In this document: positions 20,496 to 30,244 of the stretch, piece after piece
Layout: each line of letters starts with the position of its first letter
How positions within the stretch are numbered: the first letter of the stretch is position 1
DNA from: an uncultured Bacilli bacterium
Lineage (GTDB): Bacteria > Bacillota_I > Bacilli_A > RF39 > UBA660
Assembly: GCA_947591455.1 (NCBI GenBank)
Contig: CANQDC010000003.1
Location: forward strand, 1-52,388
Reading direction: 5' to 3'
Length of the DNA stretch: 52,388 nucleotides
Notes under the pieces: model-generated
Told to the model about the DNA's origin: nothing
What the model saw: only the letters and a program-made list of their open reading frames with translations
Database searches by the model: none
Program-made: the position numbers and the translations under genes

Positions 20496-21605
20496 TTGAA
20501 AGTGGCAAAAGTAATTGTTGGTATGAGTGGGGGAGTCGATTCAGCCGTTTCTGCCTATTTGTTAAAAAAAGAAGGGTATGAAGTTGAAGGGCTTTTCATG
20601 CGAAATTGGGATTCTTTAATTAATAACGATATATCCGGAAATCCTAATTTAGATCATGCAATTTGTCCTCAAGAAGAGGATTATAATGATGCTTTAAAAA
20701 CATGTACGATTTTAAATATTCCATTGCATCGCGTTGATTTTATTAAAGAATACTGGGATTATGTTTTTACCTATTTTTTAAAAGAATTAGAACATGGTAG
20801 AACTCCAAATCCCGATTTATTGTGTAATAAATATATTAAATTTGATTTATTTAAAAAAGAAGCAGAAAAATTAGGAGCCGATTTTATTGCTACGGGACAC
20901 TATGCTCAAGTAAAAAATGGAAAATTATACCGTGGTATTGATAAAAATAAAGATCAAAGTTATTTTTTAGCGATGGTAAGCCGTGAACAATTAAAAAATG
21001 TTATTTTTCCTGTTGGGAAAATGTTAAAAAAAGACGTTCGCAAAATTGCTAACCAAATTCATTTAAACGTAGCAAAGAAAAAAGACTCTACGGGAATCTG
21101 CTTTATCGGGGAAAGAAATTATCAAGCGTTCATAAAAAATTATTTAAAACCGAATCCTGGACCGATTGTAGATGTGAAAACCATGCAAAAAATAGGAACG
21201 CATACTGGTCTTATGAATTATACTATTGGTCAAAGAAGAAATGTAGGAATTAGTGGCAATGACAAACGTCATTATGTATGTGGTAAAGATGTTAAACAAA
21301 ATATTTTATATGTAGCCTTTGGAGATAGTGAATACTTATATAGCGATGCTTGTATCGTTGAAAATGTCCAATTTATTAGTGAAGAGCGCCCTTTAAATTG
21401 CACTGCTAAGTTTCGTTATCGGGGCGAGGATTATCCCGTGTCCTTAACATACTTAGATGATACACATATCAAAGTAAATTATCCAGAAAAAGTAAAAGCC
21501 GTAACTCCTGGTCAAGCTTGTGTTTTCTATCAAGAAGAAGAATGCCTAGGCTGTGGAATTATCAGCGATATTTATAAAAATGGCGAAAAATTATTTTATT
21601 TATAA
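20496..21605 (+). CDS. mnmA: tRNA 2-thiouridylase
   Basis: GMSGGVDS, TPNPDLLCN, ATGHY, KDQSYFL, DSTGICFIG, TIGQRR, PGQ. Confidence 0.96.
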   Translation: MKVAKVIVGMSGGVDSAVSAYLLKKEGYEVEGLFMRNWDSLINNDISGNPNLDHAICPQEEDYNDALKTCTILNIPLHRVDFIKEYWDYVFTYFLKELEHGRTPNPDLLCNKYIKFDLFKKEAEKLGADFIATGHYAQVKNGKLYRGIDKNKDQSYFLAMVSREQLKNVIFPVGKMLKKDVRKIANQIHLNVAKKKDSTGICFIGERNYQAFIKNYLKPNPGPIVDVKTMQKIGTHTGLMNYTIGQRRNVGISGNDKRHYVCGKDVKQNILYVAFGDSEYLYSDACIVENVQFISEERPLNCTAKFRYRGEDYPVSLTYLDDTHIKVNYPEKVKAVTPGQACVFYQEEECLGCGIISDIYKNGEKLFYL

Positions 21606-21620
21606 ACTTGACGCATATTT

Positions 21621-21652
21621 ACACTTGACAAAAAAGTGTTAAATGATATAAT
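21621..21652 (+). promoter_or_regulatory. sigmaA promoter overlapped by an inverted repeat
   Basis: TTGACA-N16-TATAAT with extended TG; acactt-N7-aagtgt overlaps the -35 element. Confidence 0.6.
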
Positions 21653-21683
21653 TTAAATGTAAAATGCGAGAGGAGAATGCATC

Positions 21684-22460
21684 TTGGGAAGATTAAGTGA
21701 ACTATTACAAGAATTAGGAATTTCTAAAGTACGCTTGGCAAAATATTTAGGAGTTTCTAGACAAATGGTTTATAATTATTTAGAATTAGATGATATTAAT
21801 AAATGGCCAAAAGAAAAGAAAATTTTGTTATTTAAATTATTAGATATTGAAGATGGTGATGAAGCCACAATTAGTGCGATTAAAGTAACTACCGACTATT
21901 TAATGGCTGTTGAATCAAGATTAAATCAAGGGGTAAAATCAACTAGTGATTTAGATAATTATTTTGATTTAAAAGGATTAAGTAAAGAAGATCAAACTTT
22001 ACTAGCCGATATTACTTATTTATTAAAAGAAAAATTATTAGATGAACACAAAAAAGAAGAAAATCGATATGCTTTCGAATATTTATATCATATATTACAA
22101 TCAATTGATAATGTTCCTGAAATTAAGTATATATTTGGATACATGTCTAAAACAACTGGATTTACAAATCCCGAAGAGTACCATTTTAATGAAGATAAAC
22201 AATTTATTTTTGAAGGAATTTTATATTCAGCCTTAACTTTATATAATAATGGGGGTGCGAGTCGTAGTAAACTTGCAGAAAGCCATAAACGTTTTGTTCA
22301 AGAAATAGAACAAAAAAACGAAGAAAAATTAAGTCGCACACAACAATTAAATACCATTCGTATTCAAGCTTTAAAAGAACTTGGTTATACCGAAATGAAT
22401 GAATCAAATGCAGCAGAAATTATTGAAAAAATTGCTGAAATTGAATCAAGAAAAGTGTAA
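21684..22460 (+). CDS. HTH (Cro/XRE-like) protein with helical C-terminal domain
   Basis: ISKVRLAKYLGVSRQMVYNY; TTG start after gaggag. Confidence 0.75.
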   Translation: MGRLSELLQELGISKVRLAKYLGVSRQMVYNYLELDDINKWPKEKKILLFKLLDIEDGDEATISAIKVTTDYLMAVESRLNQGVKSTSDLDNYFDLKGLSKEDQTLLADITYLLKEKLLDEHKKEENRYAFEYLYHILQSIDNVPEIKYIFGYMSKTTGFTNPEEYHFNEDKQFIFEGILYSALTLYNNGGASRSKLAESHKRFVQEIEQKNEEKLSRTQQLNTIRIQALKELGYTEMNESNAAEIIEKIAEIESRKV

Positions 22461-22486
22461 TGCTTTTCTTTTTCGTTGGAAAAAAG

Positions 22487-23308
22487 ATGAAATTTAAAAA
22501 AATATATATAGAAATAACGAATCGTTGTAATTTAGCTTGTTCTTTTTGTGCGAAAACCACTCGACCAAAAGAGTGGATGTCTCAAAAAAACTTTTTAAAA
22601 ATTTTAAAAGAAATACAGCCTTATACGCATTATATTTATTTACATGTAATGGGAGAACCTCTACTTCATCCCGAAATAAATGAGTTTATTCAATTAGCAA
22701 ATGAAAGAGGATTTGAAGTCAATTTGACTACCAATGGAACCTTACTAGATCGTTTATCGGATTCTACAAAGGTACGTCAAATAAATATTTCCCTCCATGC
22801 TTGTAAAGAACAAACCAACTATCCCATCAATACTTATTTAAATCGGGTATTTGAAAAATGTGAAAAATTAAATCAAAATGGTACATACATTAATTATCGT
22901 ATCTGGCGAAAGAATAATGAGGATCTTGTAAAAATCTTAGAAAATAGATATTCTATTATCATAAATAGTTCATCTAAAAAACTAAAAGAGGGTATTTTTT
23001 ATTCCAATGAAGCGGAATTCCTTTGGCCAATAAATAGGCTAGGAGAGGGGAAGTCTATACATGGTACCTGTCGTGCTTTAAAAGACCATATAGGTATTTT
23101 AGTAGATGGTACAGTTGTTCCTTGCTGTTTAGATAATAATGCCCAAATCGTTTTAGGAAATATATTCAAAACCCCTTTTTCGAAAATTATTAACTCCCCT
23201 CTTTTCTGTCATCTAGTAAAAGCATTTAACGAAAACAAAAAAGTCCATCCTTTATGCCAAAGTTGTTCTTTTTATGAGCAAAGAAAAAAGAATACAAATG
23301 ATGAATAA
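22487..23308 (+). CDS. radical SAM/SPASM domain protein
   Basis: CNLACSFC, GEPLLHP, TTNGT, C...DGTVVPCC...CQSC. Confidence 0.88.
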   Translation: MKFKKIYIEITNRCNLACSFCAKTTRPKEWMSQKNFLKILKEIQPYTHYIYLHVMGEPLLHPEINEFIQLANERGFEVNLTTNGTLLDRLSDSTKVRQINISLHACKEQTNYPINTYLNRVFEKCEKLNQNGTYINYRIWRKNNEDLVKILENRYSIIINSSSKKLKEGIFYSNEAEFLWPINRLGEGKSIHGTCRALKDHIGILVDGTVVPCCLDNNAQIVLGNIFKTPFSKIINSPLFCHLVKAFNENKKVHPLCQSCSFYEQRKKNTNDE

Positions 23309-23555
23309 TGAATAGAATAATCTTTTAAAAGAATATAATAAATAATAGTTAAAGAATTATAAAGATTTATAAAAAATAAATTAGATAATAGATAATGCTT
23401 CAAAATTTTTTATAATTCTTGTAAGATAAAAGATAAATAAAAACACAAGTGAATATTATTGTATTTAGAACCAAATAAAGATAAAATCAGGCCAAAAATT
23501 CAAAGAAATATAGTTTCGTATAATATATATTATGTTAACTTTATAAAAAATACTT

Positions 23556-24182
23556 CTATAATATATCAATAAAGAAATTAAATAATTTTTTCGAATAGGA
23601 ATCGTGCATAAGACTTTCTGGATGCCATTGTACTCCAATAAAAAACCGTTTTTGTGCGTCTTCAACAGCTTCTATAACTAAATCATCAGCAATCGCACTT
23701 ACGGATAATTCCGTGGTTGTGATATGTTCACTATGACGACTATTAACTAGAATATAATCATCGCCTAAAATTTTATGTAACAGACTATTCTTTTTTATTT
23801 TTACCGTATGGACATATTTGTCCTCTTTTTGATGATCCGTACATGGAAGCATTTTTAAATCGCCTTCAAAAGCCAAAGACATAATTTGCATACCCAAACA
23901 AATCCCTAATGTAGGAATATCTTGTTGATGTAAATATTTTACAATTTTGATATCGATTTCATGAGGAGCTTGTCCTCCTGGTAAAATAACTCCCTGACAG
24001 AGTTGAAGACACTCCACTACCCTTTCAAATTCAGTATCTATGTTGTTTTGAAAAGATATTGGAATACAAATGACTTGAACATTATATTTTCGTAAATATA
24101 ATAATAAATCACTTCGTATAGCGAGTAAAGAATGATTACTGAGACTTTTATAATCTCGTAAGAAAATACCTACTGTTTTCAT
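23556..24182 (-). CDS. peptidase C26 (gamma-glutamyl hydrolase family)
   Basis: LPGG, GICLGMQ, VNSRH, GVQWHPE. Confidence 0.9.
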   Translation of the reverse strand: MKTVGIFLRDYKSLSNHSLLAIRSDLLLYLRKYNVQVICIPISFQNNIDTEFERVVECLQLCQGVILPGGQAPHEIDIKIVKYLHQQDIPTLGICLGMQIMSLAFEGDLKMLPCTDHQKEDKYVHTVKIKKNSLLHKILGDDYILVNSRHSEHITTTELSVSAIADDLVIEAVEDAQKRFFIGVQWHPESLMHDSYSKKLFNFFIDIL

Positions 24183-24197
24183 TTAAATCTCCCCCTT

Positions 24198-24950
24198 TTA
24201 TAAGAAAAAATGATTACATAAAAGTAAAAGAATTCCTAATAAAAAACCAATAAATAGAAAACGATTTTCTTTATATTTTAATGTTTCTGGATAAATTTCT
24301 TCAATGGAAATAGTAATCATAATTCCAGCAACGAAAAGTAAAATAACACTAATTAATTCACTCGTAATATAATTTTTAAATAAAATAAAAGCAAATATGG
24401 CTCCAATTGGTTCAGCAAAGCCAGAAATAAAAGTCTTTTTTAAAGCTTCTTTTTTACTATTTGTAGCATAATAAATAGGTACAGCAATACTAATTCCTTC
24501 AGGAATATTATGAAGCATAATCGCTAGTCCTAAATGAATGCCCATTTGCATATCTTGATAAGAACTTAAAAACGTAGCCACTCCCTCAGGAAAATTATGA
24601 AGTAATAAAGCAATCATATTTAAAATTCCCAGCGTATAAAGACTACTTGTATTCTTTTTAGCTTGGGCAATTTTTGCAATTAATAGTTTAATCGAAAAAA
24701 TTCCTACCAAAATAGATCCTATAGCTAATAAAAAACCTTTTTGAAAATTACTTTTTAACAATACTTCTAAAGAATTTGGTATTAAATCCGTTAAACTTAT
24801 CCCAATCATAATAGCCAATGAAAAACTAAGACAGAGCGTAATAAATTTATTGATCTGTTCTTTTTTGATCCTTAAAAAAACAATGAAAGCTCCCAATACC
24901 GTTGAAAAACCAGCTATGGTAGAAACTAGCAAAGGACCAATTATTTCCAT
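24198..24950 (-). CDS. ZIP-family metal transporter (ZupT-like)
   Basis: LHNFPEG and LHNIPEG motifs, AEPIGA. Confidence 0.9.
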   Translation of the reverse strand: MEIIGPLLVSTIAGFSTVLGAFIVFLRIKKEQINKFITLCLSFSLAIMIGISLTDLIPNSLEVLLKSNFQKGFLLAIGSILVGIFSIKLLIAKIAQAKKNTSSLYTLGILNMIALLLHNFPEGVATFLSSYQDMQMGIHLGLAIMLHNIPEGISIAVPIYYATNSKKEALKKTFISGFAEPIGAIFAFILFKNYITSELISVILLFVAGIMITISIEEIYPETLKYKENRFLFIGFLLGILLLLCNHFFL

Positions 24951-24970
24951 GATATCACCAATATAATTTA

Positions 24971-25000
24971 TGAATTATATGATATAAAAAGTACATAATA
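24971..25000 (+). promoter_or_regulatory. sigmaG-like promoter
   Basis: TGAATT-N17-CATAATA. Confidence 0.5.
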
Positions 25001-25020
25001 AAAGTAGGAGGTAATAGATT

Positions 25021-25167
25021 ATGAATAGAAATAGTAATAATTCTAGAAATAACTCTAGAAATAACCAAAAAGAACAAAATTCTAGAAACAACAGCAGAAA
25101 TAATAACAGAAATGAACAACAAAATTCTAGAAATAATAAATCTAGCAGAAACGAACAATCTCGTTAG
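25021..25167 (+). CDS. 48-aa Asn/Arg/Ser/Gln repeat peptide
   Basis: Not in the ORF track. RBS aggagg; MNRNSNNSRNNSRNNQKEQNSRNNSRNNNRNEQQNSRNNKSSRNEQSR; repeats vary at synonymous positions. Confidence 0.75.
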   Translation: MNRNSNNSRNNSRNNQKEQNSRNNSRNNNRNEQQNSRNNKSSRNEQSR

Positions 25168-25188
25168 TTAGATAAAGAAAGGAAACGA

Positions 25189-26079
25189 CTAAATGTTTCC
25201 TTCTTTTTTTGCCCGCGGGTGATGTTCATATTCTTTTTTTATTTTATCATTCAATAAATGAGTATAAATTTGAGTAGTAGAAATATCGCTATGGCCAAGT
25301 AATTCTTGGATAACCCTTAAATCTGCTCCATGGCTAAGCAAATGAGTCGCATAAGAATGTCTTAATGTATGAGGACTAATCTCCTTTTTTATGCCTTGCT
25401 TTTGAGCAATTTGTTTTAAATTCTTAAAAAATCCTTGTCGGGATATAGGTTTACCAAAATTATTAATAAATAAATAATCACTATCTTTATTTTTTAATAG
25501 CTTATTACGATATTGATCAATATATATTTTTAAATAATTCTCCGCCATACTAGAAATAGGACTAATACGCTCTTTACTCCCCTTCCCTAACACGCGAATA
25601 TAATCATCATGTAAATCGAGATTATTTAACTTTAACTGAACTAATTCAGAAACCCGTATTCCGGTCGCATAGAGCAATTCTAACATCGCTTTATTGCGAT
25701 AATCATAGGGAGTTTTAAGAGGAATATTTAACAATTGATTCACTTCTTCTTCCGTTAAATAATGAGGAAGTGTTTTCGAAATTTTCGGTTGTTCAATATT
25801 TTCACAAGGATTATTCTCTAAATATCCTTCAGTAGCTAAAAAAGAATAAAAATTCTTAATAACCGTTAAATAATGGGCTCTACTTTTTTCAGCCATCTGC
25901 TCATTAAATTTCAAATACGCTTCAATATCCTTTCTTGTTACATGATTAATAGACTTCCCCTGTAAAAAAATCTCAAAGCGTTTTAAATTATCTTGATAGG
26001 AAGCAATGGTATTTTTAGACAATTTTCGTTCAAATAACAAATAATCTAGATATTTTTCATAATATTTTTCATTGGTCAT
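25189..26079 (-). CDS. xerD: tyrosine recombinase XerD-like
   Basis: ATGIRVSEL, GKGSKER, PHTLRHSYATHLL, LGH...TQIY. Confidence 0.85.
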   Translation of the reverse strand: MTNEKYYEKYLDYLLFERKLSKNTIASYQDNLKRFEIFLQGKSINHVTRKDIEAYLKFNEQMAEKSRAHYLTVIKNFYSFLATEGYLENNPCENIEQPKISKTLPHYLTEEEVNQLLNIPLKTPYDYRNKAMLELLYATGIRVSELVQLKLNNLDLHDDYIRVLGKGSKERISPISSMAENYLKIYIDQYRNKLLKNKDSDYLFINNFGKPISRQGFFKNLKQIAQKQGIKKEISPHTLRHSYATHLLSHGADLRVIQELLGHSDISTTQIYTHLLNDKIKKEYEHHPRAKKEGNI

Positions 26080-26189
26080 AGAAAAAACTCCTTCTATATA
26101 AATTATATAAAAATTTTTTTATAAACAAAAGCTTAAATAAAAATTGTTAACTATAGGAATTAATGGTATAATAATATGCGGTGATAAAG

Positions 26190-27392
26190 TTGGAATTATT
26201 GTCTAATTTATTAAGACCGAAATGTTTAAATGATATTATAGGACAAGACCATTTAATTGGAACAGGAAAAATTTTATCCAATATGGTAAAAAATGGAAAG
26301 ATTTTTTCTTTTATCTTATATGGAAAACCAGGAACAGGAAAAACAAGTATTGCCAATGCCATTGTAACAGAATTACATCGCCCTCATCGCTTTTTAAATG
26401 CAACAATCAACAACAAAAAGGATTTTGATATTGTCATTGAGGAAGCTAAAATGGAAGGCGAAATGATCTTAATTATTGATGAAATTCATCGAATGAATAA
26501 AGATAAACAAGACTTGTTACTCCCTTATATAGAAAGTGGTTTAATTATATTAATTGGTCTTACAACATCAAACCCCTATCACACCATTAATCCAGCAATT
26601 CGCAGTCGAGTTCAAATTTTTGAAGTTCATGAATTAACGAAAAGCGATTTAATCAGAGGCTTAAAAAAAGCTTGTACTCATTTAGAAAATATTCAAATTG
26701 ATGAAGAAAGTTTAGCCCATATTGCTCTCGTCTCTTCTGGGGATTTTAGAAGTGCTATTAATTTATTGGAAGTGTGCTACAATTCTAGTAATGAAGATAA
26801 AAAAGTAGATCTCTCTTTAGTAAAATCAATAAATAGTAAACCCGTGTTTTTTCATGATAAAAACGAAGATGGACATTACGATGTTTTAAGTGCGTTTCAA
26901 AAATCAATTCGGGGTAGTGATGTCGATGCTTCCCTGCATTATTTAGCTAGATTATTAGAAGCTGGTGATTTAGATAGTATCTATAGAAGAATGAGTGTCA
27001 TCGCCTATGAAGATATTGGTCTGGCCAATCCCTCAATCGGTCCCAAAGTAATGGCTGCCATTCATGCTGCTGAATTAGTTGGTCTTCCAGAAGCCGTAAT
27101 TCCTCTTGGAACAGTGATTACAGAAATGGCTTTGTCTCCGAAAAGTAATAGCGCCTATATAGCGATTCAAACAGCTCTTAGTGACATCCGTCGTGGAAGT
27201 ACAGGAAATGTTCCAAATCATATAAAAACAAATAGTACAACCTACAAATATCCTCATGATTATAAAAACGATTGGGTATTACAAGAATATATGCCAAAAG
27301 AATTACAAGGGAAAAAATATTATCAAGCCAAAAATAACAAATATGAGGCAAATATAAATAAATTATATATGGAAATGAAAGGTGAAAAATAA
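26190..27392 (+). CDS. rarA: replication-associated recombination protein A
   Basis: GKPGTGKT, DEIHR, SAFQKSIRGSD, EDIGLANP, YKYPHDY. Confidence 0.95.
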   Translation: MELLSNLLRPKCLNDIIGQDHLIGTGKILSNMVKNGKIFSFILYGKPGTGKTSIANAIVTELHRPHRFLNATINNKKDFDIVIEEAKMEGEMILIIDEIHRMNKDKQDLLLPYIESGLIILIGLTTSNPYHTINPAIRSRVQIFEVHELTKSDLIRGLKKACTHLENIQIDEESLAHIALVSSGDFRSAINLLEVCYNSSNEDKKVDLSLVKSINSKPVFFHDKNEDGHYDVLSAFQKSIRGSDVDASLHYLARLLEAGDLDSIYRRMSVIAYEDIGLANPSIGPKVMAAIHAAELVGLPEAVIPLGTVITEMALSPKSNSAYIAIQTALSDIRRGSTGNVPNHIKTNSTTYKYPHDYKNDWVLQEYMPKELQGKKYYQAKNNKYEANINKLYMEMKGEK

Positions 27393-27393
27393 A

Positions 27394-28377
27394 ATGAAAA
27401 TAGGAATAATAGGAACCGGTGTATTTAGTACATCTATTGCCCTTTTACTAGCAAACAATAAAGAGAATCAAATTATTTTATGGAGTGAAAATGAAAATTT
27501 AGTAGAAGAATATAAAAAAAATAAGAAACTAAATAGTATTTTTAAAGAGAAAACCGTCCCTAAAAATATTACTGTTACAAATTCTTATGATGAAGCGCTT
27601 GATCAAGTAGAAATCGTTTTTTTAATGACAAGCGTTAATTATTTAGATGATGTTTGTAAAGATATAAAACACAAAATTAATCCTTTAATTCCTGTCTGTA
27701 TAGGTACAAAAGGAATAGCAAATGATAATAAAAAAATGGTACATGAAATCGTCCATAAACATCTAAAAAACAAATTTGCTCTTTTAAGTGGCCCTACTTT
27801 TGCCAATGATGTAGCAAAGTCAGATCCTATTGGTTTTGTTTTAGCTTGCAAAGACAAAAAAACTCGTGAAATTATTCATACAGTATTCTCCTTCCATTCT
27901 GTCTTTATTAAAGACTCAACGGACTTTGCAGGTGTTGCCATTTGTGGATGCATTAAAAACATTTATGCCATTGGTTCAGGAATTTTAAGTGGCCTAGGAT
28001 ACCATGAAAGTACCAATGCTCTTTATTTAACCAAAGTATACGACGAAATAGGAGAAATTTTATATAAATACAAATCTTCTTTAGAAACATTCCATAGCTT
28101 AGCTTGTTTTGGTGATTTACTAGTAACATGTACTTCCAATCAAAGCCGAAATTATACCTATGGAGAAAAATTAGGGAAAAATGGAAGTAAAAAAGCCCTT
28201 GAAAAATATCGCAAGGAAAATACCATTGAAGGAATTTCTACATTAGAAGTTATGCATAAAATAATAAAAAGAAAACACCTAAAATGTCCAATTTTAGATG
28301 TACTATATAAAATAGTCTTCCAAGAAGAAAGTCCAAAAATTTTAATAGAAGAAATAACAAAAATATCGACTAAATAG
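27394..28377 (+). CDS. gpsA: NAD(P)H-dependent glycerol-3-phosphate dehydrogenase
   Basis: TKG, SGPTFA, KNIYAIGSG, GDLLVTC...SRN, IEG. Confidence 0.9.
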   Translation: MKIGIIGTGVFSTSIALLLANNKENQIILWSENENLVEEYKKNKKLNSIFKEKTVPKNITVTNSYDEALDQVEIVFLMTSVNYLDDVCKDIKHKINPLIPVCIGTKGIANDNKKMVHEIVHKHLKNKFALLSGPTFANDVAKSDPIGFVLACKDKKTREIIHTVFSFHSVFIKDSTDFAGVAICGCIKNIYAIGSGILSGLGYHESTNALYLTKVYDEIGEILYKYKSSLETFHSLACFGDLLVTCTSNQSRNYTYGEKLGKNGSKKALEKYRKENTIEGISTLEVMHKIIKRKHLKCPILDVLYKIVFQEESPKILIEEITKISTK

Positions 28378-29053
28378 TCGACTTTTTTATATCCTCTAAT
28401 AAATAATAAGCAATGAGCATTCCAGCCGTTGTAGGAACCAACATAATTGATCCAGGAGTACGCAATCCATTTTTGATTGGAACCTCTCTACTCCAAATGA
28501 CAGGTACTTTTAGAGAAACATGATTCTTTTTACAAATAGAACGCATACTTTTAGCTAAAGGATCATTATACGTTTTATCTAAAGTAGTTATTTGTAATTC
28601 TAAAGGATTCATACGATTTCCTGTCCCCATACAAGAAATGATTTTTATATTTCTTTTTTGCGCTTCTTGAATTAATAAAAATTTTGTTGTAATCGTATCA
28701 CAAGTATCAATAATATAATCATAAGTATCCGAAAATATTTCATGGATATTGGAATCGTTTAAAAACAGTTTTAAAGATTGAATATTTACTTTTGGATTAA
28801 TATCGATACAACGTTTTTTTGCCATTTCTACTTTATATTTACCAATATTTTTTTGACTTGTAATCATTTGGCGATTGAGATTGGTAATATCAATACAATC
28901 ATGATCTACTAAAGTAATATTTTGAAATCCTAAACGTATTAATGCCTCTAAAGCTGATCCCCCTACTCCCCCAATTCCTACAATTAAAATTTTCTTTTTT
29001 TGTAATCTATCAAAAACAGAGTGATCTATAATTTGTAATGTTCATTCAAACAT
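28370..29053 (-). pseudogene. tcdA: tRNA threonylcarbamoyladenosine dehydratase with in-frame TGA at codon 4
   Basis: RBS gaggtg, then MFE*TLQIID...IVGIGGVGG...VDHD...TNLNRQ in frame with the 28867 ORF (SCMGTGNR, DPLAK, PGS). Lies downstream of 6S RNA as in Bacillus. Confidence 0.8.
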
Positions 29054-29074
29054 AACTTCACCTCAAAATAAAAA

Positions 29075-29248
29075 CCCGAAGGAAAGTCTGTTTGGATAAA
29101 AAACCCGCTCACGCGAGGTGGGCATCACATGAACTGTTTTAGGATCCTAGCAACACTTAATGGGCTAGTCTTCTACACCACAATTCAATTAGATTCCCAA
29201 TAATATCCATAGTCGGTTTTATGTAAAACAAACTATATCCTTCAGGTA
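29075..29248 (-). ncRNA. ssrS: 6S RNA
   Basis: Terminal pairing cctgaagga/tccttcggg; CCCACCTcgcgtGAGCGGGTT element; about 175 nt; TG-N-TATAAT promoter just upstream; directly precedes tcdA. Confidence 0.85.
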
Positions 29249-29299
29249 CTATTATTATACCACAAAAATAATCATTTATACAAGCGAATTGTCATTTAA

Positions 29300-30121
29300 C
29301 TATTTTGTTAATTTTCTCTCTAATTGATCATGTTTATCTTGAGTATCTTTTAATAATTCATAACATAGATTATTGCTAGTAAATTCAGGATTATTACGAT
29401 ATTTTTTGATAAATTCAATATTCTCAGTACTAATAGTATAGGCAATAATTCCTATTAAAGAAAAAGCAAAACCAAAACAAGTTCCTCCAATATTTCTTGA
29501 AGAAGTCTCAGGTACCCAAATAAAATCATTTTTATCTATTTCATTTATTTTTATTTCAAAATTTGTCTTATTTTGATTCGTTTCTTGAACATCTTCTAAC
29601 TCTGCTACTTCATAATCCTTTAAATAAGTTGTAAACGAATCCATACTTTCTTGCAATAAAGATACGATTTTTTCTTCACTCATAGCCGAAATGTCATATG
29701 TTTCCAAAGAATAGTTACTATCTTCTAAAATAGAAGATTTGGAAGTTGTAACATAGAGTTTCTTCGTTGATTCTTCTTGATGAGGCTCACAATTATTTTT
29801 ACTATATCCAGCATTTCCACCCCATTTATAATAATTATAACCCTTTTTTTCTTCCGTCACATCGCCATTTCCATCAATCGTTTTTTCGATTTCTTGACAA
29901 GCTTTTATATTGTCACGAATAATTGGATACCCTAAACCAAGAGCTTTATTAGTTAAAAATACAGCTGCTGTGATGGCCGAAAAATAAGCAATCGCCATTT
30001 TAGCTTTCGCTCTTTTATATGCTTTAATTCCAATTTGTTGAACACTTTCATTCGATTCTAATATATTTTTATATTCTTGGATTTTTCTTTGTAATTTTTC
30101 TAATCTTTGCTTTTTATTCAT
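29300..30121 (-). CDS. hypothetical two-TM protein
   Basis: RBS aaggag; two hydrophobic segments; no family recognised. Confidence 0.75.
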   Translation of the reverse strand: MNKKQRLEKLQRKIQEYKNILESNESVQQIGIKAYKRAKAKMAIAYFSAITAAVFLTNKALGLGYPIIRDNIKACQEIEKTIDGNGDVTEEKKGYNYYKWGGNAGYSKNNCEPHQEESTKKLYVTTSKSSILEDSNYSLETYDISAMSEEKIVSLLQESMDSFTTYLKDYEVAELEDVQETNQNKTNFEIKINEIDKNDFIWVPETSSRNIGGTCFGFAFSLIGIIAYTISTENIEFIKKYRNNPEFTSNNLCYELLKDTQDKHDQLERKLTK

Positions 30122-30218
30122 AGAATAATATCTCCTTTTTTTCTAAGGGTTTATTATAGCATAAAAATAAGAAATAACAAGCTTTAAGAATAGATGAATA
30201 GTAAAGACTTCGACATGT

Positions 30219-30244
30219 AAAAAAGCCCTTTTAAGAGGCTTTTT
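30219..30244 (-). terminator. intrinsic terminator after the HerA-like gene
   Basis: Minus strand agcctc-ttaaaa-gggct followed by a T tract. Confidence 0.6.

Noticed and set aside
22487-23308. Radical SAM/SPASM enzyme as a RiPP maturase
   Set aside because: No adjacent precursor peptide, transporter or RRE extension; the short stand-alone type is common.
23309-23555. Very AT-rich gap between convergent genes, possibly a decayed membrane-protein gene
   Set aside because: All frames examined are interrupted, with no RBS or recognisable motif; cannot be supported.
24955-25158. 67-aa minus-strand ORF with ISR repeats
   Set aside because: Antisense shadow of the plus-strand repeat peptide, which has the RBS and promoter.
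25030-25160. Repeated tctagaaa units as a CRISPR array or iterons
   Set aside because: Units are short, in frame and vary synonymously; there are no spacers or cas genes.
25189-26079. Tyrosine recombinase as a mobile-element integrase
   Set aside because: Size and motifs fit housekeeping XerD; no att repeats or cargo seen.
29042-29044. TGA as evidence of genetic code 4 or selenocysteine
   Set aside because: Other genes end in TGA and use TGG for Trp; the position corresponds to Arg.
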